Part shown: positions 10,569 to 20,001 of the stretch, piece by piece
Layout: the number at the start of each line of letters is the position of its first letter
Position numbering within the stretch: position 1 is the stretch's first letter
Assembly (NCBI GenBank): GCA_963700285.1
Contig: CAVOXA010000001.1
Coordinates: forward strand, 1,152,001-1,216,000
Length of the DNA stretch: 64,000 nt
Reading direction: 5' to 3'
Origin: an uncultured Chloroflexia bacterium
GTDB lineage: Bacteria; Chloroflexota; Anaerolineae; JAAYZQ01
Notes under the pieces: generated by a model
Databases searched by the model: none
Told to the model about the DNA's origin: nothing
The model's input: only the letters and a program-made list of their open reading frames with translations
Program-made: the position numbers and the translations under genes

Positions 10569-10805
10569 CTAGAAGATAAAGGGGACACCGAGAAAGTCCC
10601 AATGCGCTTCCTTGGATAGCCTTTCATCCAGATCTGTGCTGAGGGCTTTCAGGTCCCGGTCCTTGAACGCAGCCATTTGCTCTTCGCTCAGATCATAGCC
10701 CGCGTCCTTGATTGTTTTCTCCGGGTCCTCGACCAGGCTGGCCCGGAACTCGGGATCGGCCACCATTCGTCCGATCAACTCGTGAATCTCCTTCTCAGTT
10801 GCCAC
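10569..10805 (-). CDS. NHLP-clan RiPP precursor 2 (core EAHWDFLGVPFIF)
   Basis: GTG start after AGGCGGTG; leader nearly identical to precursor 1, ending LDERLSK. Confidence 0.85.
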   Translation of the reverse strand: MATEKEIHELIGRMVADPEFRASLVEDPEKTIKDAGYDLSEEQMAAFKDRDLKALSTDLDERLSKEAHWDFLGVPFIF

Positions 10806-10924
10806 GTCGCTCACCGCCTTTCTCCATAAGATAGTGTATCCTCGGACATCGGCAATCAAGATGCGCCCATAGGCAGAGGATACGGTGTCTCTGCCTGTCC
10901 GGCCTCCGATCCGTGGCTCGCTCG

Positions 10925-12418
10925 CTACGGATCGACTCGCTCCCCGGCAAGCGAGCCGGGGGCAGAGCTTCTTGAGTGAGGCGAATCACTTACATGCTTT
11001 GCACCTGTTCGTGCCTGTGGTACAGGGTCTTCCCCCTTGCTCAGAGTACACAAAGCATTGCCTGCCCAGGCCGCGAGACGGAACTCTACGTGCGGCACAA
11101 ATTCTGTTTCAATATGGTAGAAGCTTGAAAAGATCTGCGGGTAGCGCCGAATCAAACCATCCATTTCGGCGTTCCAGAAGCGTTCCATCTCCCTCGGCGC
11201 GACCGACTGTGTGCTGTCAATCCTGAGCCTCGAGGCGTAGCGGGTTGTGATCTCGGTCTTGGGCAACGGAGAAAGTGGATAGATCCGGGCGCTATCCACA
11301 CCAGTATCCAGGAAATGCTGGTGCAGGGAAAGGGTATCCTGGAGATCCTGCCTTGTCTCCCAGGGAAAGCCCACAATGAGAGAAGTGGTAACGCTTATCC
11401 CTGTAGCAACGGCTGCCTCGACAGTCTTGCATACTTGCGAAACGTCGAGGTTTTTGCCCATACGCTGTTGCACCCGCTGTGAACCGCTATCCACACCGAA
11501 AAAGATCTGTCTGCACCCCGCCCGATTCACAGCGGACAGCTCCTCTGGTTCAATGCTGTCTGGTCGAAGATAGCAGCCCCAGCTCACTTTGCCGCAAGCT
11601 TCCATAGCCTGAAGAAAATCAGAAAACCAGCCCTTGTTCACGGCAAAGATATCCTGCACCAAGAACACAGATCCTACTCCTTGGCTATGGGCGAGCGCCT
11701 CTAGCTGTGCTGCCAGCAAACCTGGCGACTTCAGACGCATGCGCCTGCGCCAATAGTCTGAAGTCGAGCAAAAGCAGCATCCATAGGGGCATCCGCGCCC
11801 AGGTTCAAAAGGCAGCAATCCATCCTCGAAAGGGGGCTTCCCGCCCAGGAGCGCTTCACGGAAGTATGCATAAGCCTGGTAGTCAGGTAGCGTCAGGGAA
11901 TCGAGATCGCTCAACAGTGGCACGAGGGGTGTGGAAACGACATTGCCGTTGACCCGGTGCGTGAGACTACCTGCTTTTCCCGACCCACTCCCTTTTCCGA
12001 TTACCTGGACCAAGTCGAGAATAGCGTTCTCTGCCTCCCCCCGGACAACATAGTCAATCCAGGGGAAAGCCGCCATCGACTCCTCGGCCACGACGGACGC
12101 CTGTGGTCCACCCAGGACGACCCATGTTTGTGGGGATAGCTGCTTCACCGCTCGGGCCAGGAGCAGAACGAGTGGATAGCTGTTGCACATGGTCGAAAAA
12201 CCCACCCAATCGGGCTGTGTCGCCACGATGTCAGCCGCCCAGCGCCCGATGGCTGCTTCGGGGTCGGCTGGGTTGGCAGCATCCTGGAGCGGGTAGTAGA
12301 TCTTGCTATCGTAGCCTGCGTCAGCTAGCACCCGGTGTAGAGACAGGACGCCCAGCGGGAAATAGGGCGCTATCCTACGCTCCTGGATATGTGGCGCGGG
12401 TACCAGTACTACATGCAT
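10925..12418 (-). CDS. B12-binding radical SAM enzyme (paralog A)
   Basis: B12-binding N-terminus; CPYGCCFC; FGVDSGS. Confidence 0.9.
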   Translation of the reverse strand: MHVVLVPAPHIQERRIAPYFPLGVLSLHRVLADAGYDSKIYYPLQDAANPADPEAAIGRWAADIVATQPDWVGFSTMCNSYPLVLLLARAVKQLSPQTWVVLGGPQASVVAEESMAAFPWIDYVVRGEAENAILDLVQVIGKGSGSGKAGSLTHRVNGNVVSTPLVPLLSDLDSLTLPDYQAYAYFREALLGGKPPFEDGLLPFEPGRGCPYGCCFCSTSDYWRRRMRLKSPGLLAAQLEALAHSQGVGSVFLVQDIFAVNKGWFSDFLQAMEACGKVSWGCYLRPDSIEPEELSAVNRAGCRQIFFGVDSGSQRVQQRMGKNLDVSQVCKTVEAAVATGISVTTSLIVGFPWETRQDLQDTLSLHQHFLDTGVDSARIYPLSPLPKTEITTRYASRLRIDSTQSVAPREMERFWNAEMDGLIRRYPQIFSSFYHIETEFVPHVEFRLAAWAGNALCTLSKGEDPVPQARTGAKHVSDSPHSRSSAPGSLAGERVDP

Positions 12419-12605
12419 GCTCTCTTACTCCAGTTCTTGCTGAAGGCTCAACTGCCCCTTCTTGGAACTTGCGGGCTTGCATCCTGCGCAGCAGCCGTGA
12501 GCCTGTTCCCTTCAGATTCGAAAGCTATTTAGAGCCAGGGGTGGAGGAGGGGAGCCCCCCTCCATCCCCAGGATTGCTGCAGCAGGTTGCGCGTACCAGC
12601 GCCCA

Positions 12606-12842
12606 CTACCAGGTCGGGTTCGTGCCAACCCCGCCGAATCCGACCTCCTTAGACAGTCTGTCGTCCAGATCTGCGCTAAAGCCTTCCAGGTCTACTTTCT
12701 TGAGTGCAGCCAGTTGCTCTTCCGTCAGATCATAGCCAGCGTCTTTCACTGCCTTTTCGGGGTCCTCCATCAGGCTGGCCCGGAAATCAGGGTCGGCCAC
12801 CGTTCGGCCGATCAGCTCGTGTATCTCTTTCTGCGTTGCCAT
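12606..12842 (-). CDS. NHLP-clan RiPP precursor 3 (core EVGFGGVGTNPTW)
   Basis: MATQKEIHELIGRTVADPDFRASL...LDDRLSK; GAGGTG RBS. Confidence 0.85.
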   Translation of the reverse strand: MATQKEIHELIGRTVADPDFRASLMEDPEKAVKDAGYDLTEEQLAALKKVDLEGFSADLDDRLSKEVGFGGVGTNPTW

Positions 12843-13113
12843 TTCGCTCACCTCTTTTCTCCCTCTGATGGCAAATGCTTCAGAAGCTGAGAGCAAGGTG
12901 CAACCGGAATCAGAGAACGCTACCTTTCCGCCCATCTTGCCCCCAAGCTCAGGCTCCTCGCCGGGGAAAGGCGCCCAGAATCAGAACAGCAGATTGCTTC
13001 CGAATCCACTAGGACCGATTCGCCCCAAGTCACCCTCTCAACGCTAGGCCCTGCCGAAGAAGGAGAGCCTCCCCTCCGGCGCAGGCTTGCTTTGGCGGAC
13101 AATGCAGAGTGCT

Positions 13114-13350
13114 CTACGGCCAGGGCGCGATTCCAACCTCACCTACTCCGACTTCCTTGGACAGTCTGTCGTCCAGATCTGCGCCAAGATCCTCCAGGTC
13201 CGCTTTTTTCAGTGCCGCCAGTTGCTCTTCTGTTAGATCATAGCCGGCCTCCTTCACCGCCTTTTCCGGGTCCTCCACCAGGCTGGCCCGGAACTTGGCG
13301 TCGGCCACTGCACGGCCGATCAGCTCGTGAACCTCCTTCTCAGTTGCCAT
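13114..13350 (-). CDS. NHLP-clan RiPP precursor 4 (core EVGVGEVGIAPWP)
   Basis: MATEKEVHELIGRAVADAKFRASL...LDDRLSK; AGGAGGTG RBS. Confidence 0.85.
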   Translation of the reverse strand: MATEKEVHELIGRAVADAKFRASLVEDPEKAVKEAGYDLTEEQLAALKKADLEDLGADLDDRLSKEVGVGEVGIAPWP

Positions 13351-13386
13351 TTCGCTCACCTCCTTCCTCCGTTGGATAGTATGCGC

Positions 13387-14436
13387 TCAAGAATCAAGCG
13401 GCAAGATGCTCCCGGGCTCTAGGGACATGTGCCCTCCTCTCATCTTGCTGCCAGTTCCAGGTTGCCCTACGGGGACAGGCGGTTTGGGGATCAGAGCGGC
13501 GAATTGCTCCCGAATCCATTCCGTGCGCCTGGCTTCGAGATCTACGCTCAACTGTCTGGCAGCCTCGTCACGGAGCGCTAGGTACGCTTCCAGGTAGGGA
13601 ACAGCCAGAGCAGAAGCGCTTTCCAGCGCCCGCCGGCGGTATTCCGCAATCAGTCCCAGATACTCATCCAACACTGCGCCGGCAAACAGAGCCTTCTCTA
13701 CGTCAGTCTCAGTCAGTGTGGTGTGAGGGTCGAGTCTGCGATGAGCTAGCACCCGGGTGAGGAAATAGGTATAGCTTCCCTGCGCCAGGTCACCGCGCCA
13801 ATCCTGCAGATCATCAGCCAGCAGAAAGGACATCATCAAGTCGTCTATCATCTTTTCCAGGAGCTCAGTGGCTTCCTTTCGCCCGGCCAGCAAGCACAGT
13901 GCCGCGCAGGAGATCTTTAGTGGGGCGGCTTTGCGTGCCAGGAGAATCAGATCTGCTTCCTCAAAGGCGCGCACCTGCCCCCAATGCCACTGCCGCTCCC
14001 ACGAAATGCTCAGTCCCCACTGGGCGATGTATTCCTCAAAAAGCGCCCAAAACGCTGGCTCGGAGCCGAAAACGCGGTGATACGGCGCCAGCGCATCGAG
14101 AAGAAGAAAGGTAGCCAGTGGTTGGAGATGCCCCTCGTACTCCTCAGGCTCGGCATCCATCAGCTCGTCCTGCAGCATGAAATAGAGCACCAGGAAGGTA
14201 CTGCTCAGGCCTACCAGACGGCAGACATTGCGATCCAGGGCAAGGGGCTCCTCCAGCCAGAAGGGCAACAGATATGCGATGTGAAAGGCCCGAGGCATCT
14301 TGTGTTCCAGTGACCACTGATCCTCAAGGCGAGCCCGTCCGGGCTGGCGCAGCGCCGGTGGATACGTGGAGATGCGCTCCAGACAGGCATCCAGCAACCA
14401 CTTACACTCCCGGTCAAAGTCACGAATTGGGTCCAT
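13387..14436 (-). CDS. Class I isoprenoid synthase/prenyltransferase-fold protein (ComQ-like candidate)
   Basis: Helical protein with two Asp-rich motifs, LQDELMD and ADDLQDW, and a RKAAPL segment between them. Confidence 0.65.
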   Translation of the reverse strand: MDPIRDFDRECKWLLDACLERISTYPPALRQPGRARLEDQWSLEHKMPRAFHIAYLLPFWLEEPLALDRNVCRLVGLSSTFLVLYFMLQDELMDAEPEEYEGHLQPLATFLLLDALAPYHRVFGSEPAFWALFEEYIAQWGLSISWERQWHWGQVRAFEEADLILLARKAAPLKISCAALCLLAGRKEATELLEKMIDDLMMSFLLADDLQDWRGDLAQGSYTYFLTRVLAHRRLDPHTTLTETDVEKALFAGAVLDEYLGLIAEYRRRALESASALAVPYLEAYLALRDEAARQLSVDLEARRTEWIREQFAALIPKPPVPVGQPGTGSKMRGGHMSLEPGSILPLDS

Positions 14437-15889
14437 GTTGCCCTCCGGCTTGCGATCTCCTGGTGCTGCGGCTTCGGAGAAAGCAGCGTACCCGGTGAGC
14501 GCCCTCGCCGGCCAACAGAAGCGCTTTGGTGGTCAGTCCCAGGATAAGGTTTGCGCCGGCCACCAGCATCAGCCCACCGACGAGGATGATGGGCAGGACG
14601 TCTTTGCCGCTGACCAATTCCCCTTCCATCTGAGCTATCTCTCTGTACCAAAGGTACACGGCCATGACCACAGCGAAAGCCGTCCAGGCAGCCGCTAGAA
14701 TGCCAAAGACGGCAAAAATCCTCTGTTCGTGGCTGAACTTGCTCCACCCCTTGAACAGCTTGGTCGGCAATTCCTCCCGGACGAAGGCCAACGATCTCTT
14801 GCGCAGCATGGGTATCTCTACCCAGTCCACCAGGGCGTAGTAGCCATCCAACTCCAGGAGCGGATTTACATTCATCAGGGCTCCAAAGTAGCCTATCAGG
14901 GCTGCTTTGAACAGAACCCCATTGAAGGCGAAGGAGGGAAAGAGACCAGCTACCACCGCCAGCAGGCTGCCCAGCAGCAGCGTTGTGAACGGGCCGGCCA
15001 GCGAAACCAGGATGCGAGCCCGCTTGGGTGCCATCCAGATATCCGTGGTATCCACAAAGAAGGCGGGCGAACCCATGTAAAGCATCAGCCCCCCTTTGGG
15101 CACTCGACGGCCATACTGCTTGCATGTCAGGGCGTGACCGCACTCGTGAAAGAACGTCATCACATAGTAGAGCGCCAGCAAGATAACCAGGCCCAGGCCA
15201 AAGGAACCGGCCGCGCTGAGCAGGGGATAGTTGCCGGCCAGCAGCTCCCGTGCGAAGAAGACCAGCCCGGCTACGATCACCAGCCCGTACAGGATCCTGG
15301 CCGGGCGCGTGAATAGCAGCCAGCCCCCCCACCGGTAGAGCGAATCGAAGAACCCATCGGCGTTTTTCAGGCTGAACTCCCTCTGAGCGGATCTTTCGGA
15401 GAAGCGTTGGAGTCGGTGGGCCAGGGTGTGGGCAGCAAGCTGCTCCTCGATGCATTGGAATAGGTCCACCGGCTTTTCCGCCAGGAATTGGTGCGTGCCA
15501 AGCTCCGTGAGGAGATTGGCCAGTCGCTCAAAGGGAAAGGCCCCGAATTCTGAGTAGTAGGCCATGGCCAGGTCGCTGACAGAGTGCTCGCCATCCATGA
15601 GCCCCCACAGTAAGTAGTCGCGGGCGTCGACCTTAAGGTAGGTGTCCGCCCTTGGGTTGTTCAAGACATAGTATGCCTCCCCTTGGGCGTTTTGGTGGCA
15701 CGACACCTCGACGCCGGTCACGCCCTTGGGCTTCTTCATGGAGGGGTCCAGCCCTTCCTGCAGGATCGCCCACAGGTCGACCGCCGTTGATCTCTCCTCT
15801 GCGGTCGCCTGCTGCAATCGCATCCACATGGTGGAGGCTGGTGTACCCTCTTCTGCCACCCCGTTCTCTTCTTTCTGCAATAGATTCAT
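14420..15889 (-). CDS. M50 (site-2) membrane zinc metalloprotease with N-terminal PqqD/RRE-like domain
   Basis: HECGH zinc motif; NVNPLLELDGYY; AGPF; N-terminal YYVLNNP...YLLWGLMDGEHSVSDL winged-helix-like segment. Confidence 0.8.
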   Translation of the reverse strand: MNLLQKEENGVAEEGTPASTMWMRLQQATAEERSTAVDLWAILQEGLDPSMKKPKGVTGVEVSCHQNAQGEAYYVLNNPRADTYLKVDARDYLLWGLMDGEHSVSDLAMAYYSEFGAFPFERLANLLTELGTHQFLAEKPVDLFQCIEEQLAAHTLAHRLQRFSERSAQREFSLKNADGFFDSLYRWGGWLLFTRPARILYGLVIVAGLVFFARELLAGNYPLLSAAGSFGLGLVILLALYYVMTFFHECGHALTCKQYGRRVPKGGLMLYMGSPAFFVDTTDIWMAPKRARILVSLAGPFTTLLLGSLLAVVAGLFPSFAFNGVLFKAALIGYFGALMNVNPLLELDGYYALVDWVEIPMLRKRSLAFVREELPTKLFKGWSKFSHEQRIFAVFGILAAAWTAFAVVMAVYLWYREIAQMEGELVSGKDVLPIILVGGLMLVAGANLILGLTTKALLLAGEGAHRVRCFLRSRSTRRSQAGGQHGPNS

Positions 15890-15971
15890 CCCCACTTCCA
15901 GTCGGGCGACCTTTGCCCCACAGGCTCATGTCTCCAGGCGTACAACCCCGCTGGATGCCGGCTCGTTCGGG

Positions 15972-16533
15972 CTAAGACAGCATGATGAGGACACTAATGC
16001 CGGTGCCCAAGGTACCAAGCGCGCCAAACACTAGCCCCACAGTCCAGAGGAACTTGCGCTCAGTCCCGATGGCCATCCCGCCCAGGGTAATGCCAAGGGC
16101 GAGCAACGCTACGGCGATCGCAAAGACCTCATGGGCATTGGCAGAGACACGAACCATCTCCTCTTCGCTGGCCGTGCTGGCCTTCAACTCCCTCGTTCTG
16201 TCCTCAAGTGCTGCCACCTTCTCGATCTCGGCCGGGTCTGGCGCTTTTTCCCAGGATGGTCAGGAGCTCGTGCTTGGACGTGAGCGTCTTCACATACTCG
16301 CGGTCGCTCTCCAGACGATCAACCCCGATGATCTCTTGGGTTCTGTCCAGTAAGGCTCTGTTGGCGGTCATACCCGCCAGCAAGCCTCCAAGTGCGGCCA
16401 GTAGGGGCATGATCAGCGTGGTCAGGGCGACATGTCGGTGCCACCTGGGTTCTTCCGGCCCCACTTCTCGCAACTCTACTGCCTCCACAACTGCATCCTG
16501 TGCCGTCTCTGCCATTTCTGTCAGTTCAGACAT
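15972..16533 (-). CDS. DUF4337-like membrane protein (frameshift near 16245)
   Basis: VALTTLIMPLLAAL N-terminal TM and FAIAVALLALGITLGG C-terminal TMs split between ORFs 16204-16533 and 15972-16217. Confidence 0.6.
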
Positions 16534-16580
16534 CGTGCCTCATTGACTCTCCGCATGATGATGATACGACGTCAGGGCGT

Positions 16581-18028
16581 TTACTCTTCTCCTGCCGTGA
16601 ACAGCGCCCAGGGCTGGGTTGGCCGGTCCTTGAGGTAGCCCTCCAGGTGGTCCCACTGCGGATGTTCGATGAGATGCTCGTCGGCGTCAAAGGCCATGCC
16701 GCTGGAACTGCCCCAGCGGGCCCAGAAGCTGAGGTCTGCGGCCAGGTCGCTGTCCATGACCTTGCCGTCCACTGCGCCCTGGGGCGCGTAGGGCAGCCGC
16801 GCGGGCCAGTACTCAAAGGCGTCCAGCTCGTAGTGGCCCTCGATGGTGCGCGAGCCGGGGTTGGTCTTTTTCAGATAGACGTCATAGTGGTCGGCGATGA
16901 TCTTTTTGGCGTTCTTGATATCGATCTTGCCCTTGTACTGCTCCATGAGCTGGGTCAGGCGCACGCGCCGGGCGCCCGCCGGCATCCGGATGTCGTCGTA
17001 GCCGGTGTTGGCGCACTCCAGGTTGCGGATCTGGGGGTCGATCGGGCGCGTTAAAGCCGACATAGTAGCCGTCCTTGGTGCGCTCGACGGCCGAGAACTT
17101 GAGGCCCAGTTCGAAGCGCATGATCTCGCCCGTGTTCCGGTCGGCCAGCAGCCAACTGTTGGCATAGCCGCCGTTGTTCTCCTTCTTCATCAGCGTCCAC
17201 CCAACCGTCGAGATCGTCGGCATACTGCATGGCCCGGCGCACCCGAAGGAACTCGGGTACCTCGTCGGCGTCGTATTGGCTGTAGCCGCCGATGGTGGTC
17301 TCGGTGCCCATCAGGCCGGCGTCGGTCACGAAAAAGTCGGTAAAGCTGGCGATGAGCCCCGGCATGCTCTGCATGAACATGCGGTGGCCTTCAGCCGGCT
17401 GGAGGTCCAGGATCTCGTTCATGTACTGGCCGTGAGTGAAATGGTCCCAACTGTTGTGGGCCATCACGATATCACCATCCCGGGTGTAGGAACCGGTAGC
17501 GACAAAGGCGCTGCAGTGGTCCTGGTCCTGCGGCACGTACTGGCCGTACCACTGGGACTGCTCGTTGGGCCACCAGTAGCCGACCAGTTCCTCGTAGCCG
17601 TTCCAGGTCAGGACCTCTTGCCAGGTGATATCGGTGCCGGCCTCCTGGGCGCCTTCGGCAATGCCCCTCATCTCCTCCTGTAGCTCCTCGTCGAGATGTT
17701 TGACGAACTGTTCCTGCGCCTGCTCGACAAAGAACTCCCACTCCATGCCGGTGTCCATGAAGGTCAAGTCCTTTGTGTTGGCCAGGATCTCGGCCAGCTC
17801 CGGCGCCACCAGGTAGCCGTACTGGAAGCCCCGCTCGTAGGGTTCGCCCTCGATGTGGATATAGATCCAGCCATCCTGTTCGAGGCGGTAGCCCTTGCCG
17901 TCGGGACTGGTCTGGCGCTCTTCGGAGCGGGCCGTGGGTAGCGATGTGGCCGATGACGATAACACCAGTACCACAAGTAGGGCTAGAATCACGCTGGCCA
18001 TTCCAACCTTCAATCCGCGGGTCTTCAT
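16581..18028 (-). CDS. C45 family / phospholipase B-like Ntn-hydrolase, secreted (about 2 frameshifts near 17200 and 17050)
   Basis: Signal peptide; GEPYERGFQYG; nucleophile HCSAF; NNGGYANSW; pieces lie in three frames. Confidence 0.75.
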
Positions 18029-19029
18029 ATCTTGCCTCCTGAAAAGTATAACGTCTCGGCGTTCTTCCGAGCGAGTTTTTGTCTGGTCTCTTTGGGCAGA
18101 TGTGAAAGCAGGCCATTGTAGCGCGCCATCGTCCTGGCATGAATGGCAAAATGACCGCAGACATCGCTGCCCAGCATGATGCGGTCGGGATACTTGAGCA
18201 CAAGATCGATCCAGCACTGTTTCGGGCTAAGCCGCTCATCATCACGTTGCCGGGGTTCGCAGATCGTTTGTTCGTAGACCACCCACGAGAGATCGACGTA
18301 CAGGTTGGGGTAGCGATCCATCATGCAATCGATCATGGTGTGATAGTCTCTGTGCGTCACCCTGCGCGAAATCCCGCAATGACCCCAGACAATCGTGGTA
18401 TCCCGATGACGCTCCAGGGTTTCGGTTAGTTCGTGCAGATAGACATACTCGTCGTGAACACCTACTGAAGTGCTGTTCTGGTGCAGGCAGATGGGGAGTC
18501 TCTTCGAGGCACAGAACTCGTAGATGGGATCCATGGCTGGGTGGTTGGCCCTGGCCGTTTCGCCCAATGTCAGGTTGGTGAGGTCGTCGTGCCGGAAAAA
18601 GACCTCGCCCACCCCAGCCCAGAATGGATACTTGGCGTACATCGATTCGACATAGTCGATCGCGGTACTGTCGGTCGGATCGAAGGCGCAGACCATGGGA
18701 GCAAATCTCGCCTGCTGCTCCGGAGCCAGGCTTGCGTAATGCTGCGCAACGATCTCGTCGGACGCCGAATAGTGGTAGCAGCGAGCATTGTCGCCCAGGT
18801 AGTAGGTTGGCTTGTAGGGCTCATAGTGCTCCCACTTTTTCTTGACCGGCAGGCCAAAGACCACCGCCTTCAGGATGTTGCCCTGCTCCATTGAACGCAG
18901 GAGCTGCTCAAAGCCATCCGTGTTCTGCAGGAAATCGACAAAGTGCAGGTGCATGTCAATGACCGGCTCACTGGCCCTGTCGTCGGGATACTGCTGGATC
19001 TTGGTCTCAAACTCGTGGTGAAAGCTCAT
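18025..19029 (-). CDS. Amidohydrolase family (TIM-barrel metal-dependent hydrolase)
   Basis: DMHLH, GVGE, WGHCG, DLSW and LGSD motifs. Confidence 0.85.
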   Translation of the reverse strand: MSFHHEFETKIQQYPDDRASEPVIDMHLHFVDFLQNTDGFEQLLRSMEQGNILKAVVFGLPVKKKWEHYEPYKPTYYLGDNARCYHYSASDEIVAQHYASLAPEQQARFAPMVCAFDPTDSTAIDYVESMYAKYPFWAGVGEVFFRHDDLTNLTLGETARANHPAMDPIYEFCASKRLPICLHQNSTSVGVHDEYVYLHELTETLERHRDTTIVWGHCGISRRVTHRDYHTMIDCMMDRYPNLYVDLSWVVYEQTICEPRQRDDERLSPKQCWIDLVLKYPDRIMLGSDVCGHFAIHARTMARYNGLLSHLPKETRQKLARKNAETLYFSGGKI

Positions 19030-19044
19030 CGCTGTTCTCTCCGG

Positions 19045-19998
19045 CTAGCCAATTATCGAAAACACGAGCAACAGGGTCAGGCAACTGACTATCGTGGCCG
19101 CCAGGAGCAGCGCCGAGGCCAGCGAAGCATCGCCCCCGTACCGCCGCAAGTATACTGGTCCCAGTACGGCCGGGGGCATGGCCGCCAGCAGGACCAGCAC
19201 GTCCCGCCACAGGTCGGGAAAGCCCAGGAGCGACCCGGCCAACCCGGCCAGCAGTGGTTTCAGCAAAAGCTTGATGGCGACGACGATGGCCAGCGGCAGG
19301 ATGATTCCCCGCAGGCTGGGCCATTTGAACATCAGCCCGACCGAAAGGATCGCGACGGGCGTCAGGGCTGCGGCCAGGATGTGGCAGACGCGAAAGACGG
19401 GTGACAGAAAGGCATTGTCCTCGCCCGGCAGCCTCAGTATCCCCCAGAGCAGGCCCAACAGCAGGGCGAAAAATACCGGGGATTTGAAGAACTGGAGCGT
19501 GGAGGACAGCATCGACCTGGTACCCGAACCATCGGTGCCAAAGTGCGCGGCCAGGATGGGGCCCAGGATAAAGATGGTGTAGCCCACGCCGATCTCGGAT
19601 ATCAGCACCGCCTCGGTCATGGCCTGGGGCTTGTTGGGATACATCTGGGTGATGATCGAGTAGCCCAAAAAGGTCGAGGAGCCAAAGGCTGAGCAAAAGA
19701 TAATGGCGCCCTGTTGGCTCCTGTCAAAGCCCAATAGGGAGCTCACTCCCCAGGCCAGGGCGATCATCGAAAGCTCCAGGGCCAGCATGACCCCAGCTGG
19801 CGCCAGTTGGTCCAGTTGGATCGACTGCCCCGCCAGCGTCACAAAGACAATGGCCGGCAGGAACAGATCGGTCACGATGCGGGCCAGGACCAGGGAATGC
19901 TCTTCCTTGAGTACCCCGCGCCAGCGCAGGAGCAGGGCCAGCGCATACAACAGGATGATGACGATGACGGCATTCAGAAGGTTCTGGATTGCGTCCAC
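19045..19998 (-). CDS. AEC (auxin efflux carrier) family transporter
   Basis: FLPAIVF, SSTFLGY, KSPVF, KLLLKP and AMPPA motifs; about 10 TMs. Confidence 0.85.
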   Translation of the reverse strand: MDAIQNLLNAVIVIILLYALALLLRWRGVLKEEHSLVLARIVTDLFLPAIVFVTLAGQSIQLDQLAPAGVMLALELSMIALAWGVSSLLGFDRSQQGAIIFCSAFGSSTFLGYSIITQMYPNKPQAMTEAVLISEIGVGYTIFILGPILAAHFGTDGSGTRSMLSSTLQFFKSPVFFALLLGLLWGILRLPGEDNAFLSPVFRVCHILAAALTPVAILSVGLMFKWPSLRGIILPLAIVVAIKLLLKPLLAGLAGSLLGFPDLWRDVLVLLAAMPPAVLGPVYLRRYGGDASLASALLLAATIVSCLTLLLVFSIIG

Positions 19999-20001
19999 GG
20001 A

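Noticed and set aside
6982-13350. Repeated segments as a CRISPR array or nitrile hydratase genes
   Set aside because: The repeats are coding paralogs with no repeat-spacer periodicity, and the peptides lack the NHase CxxCSC metal motif
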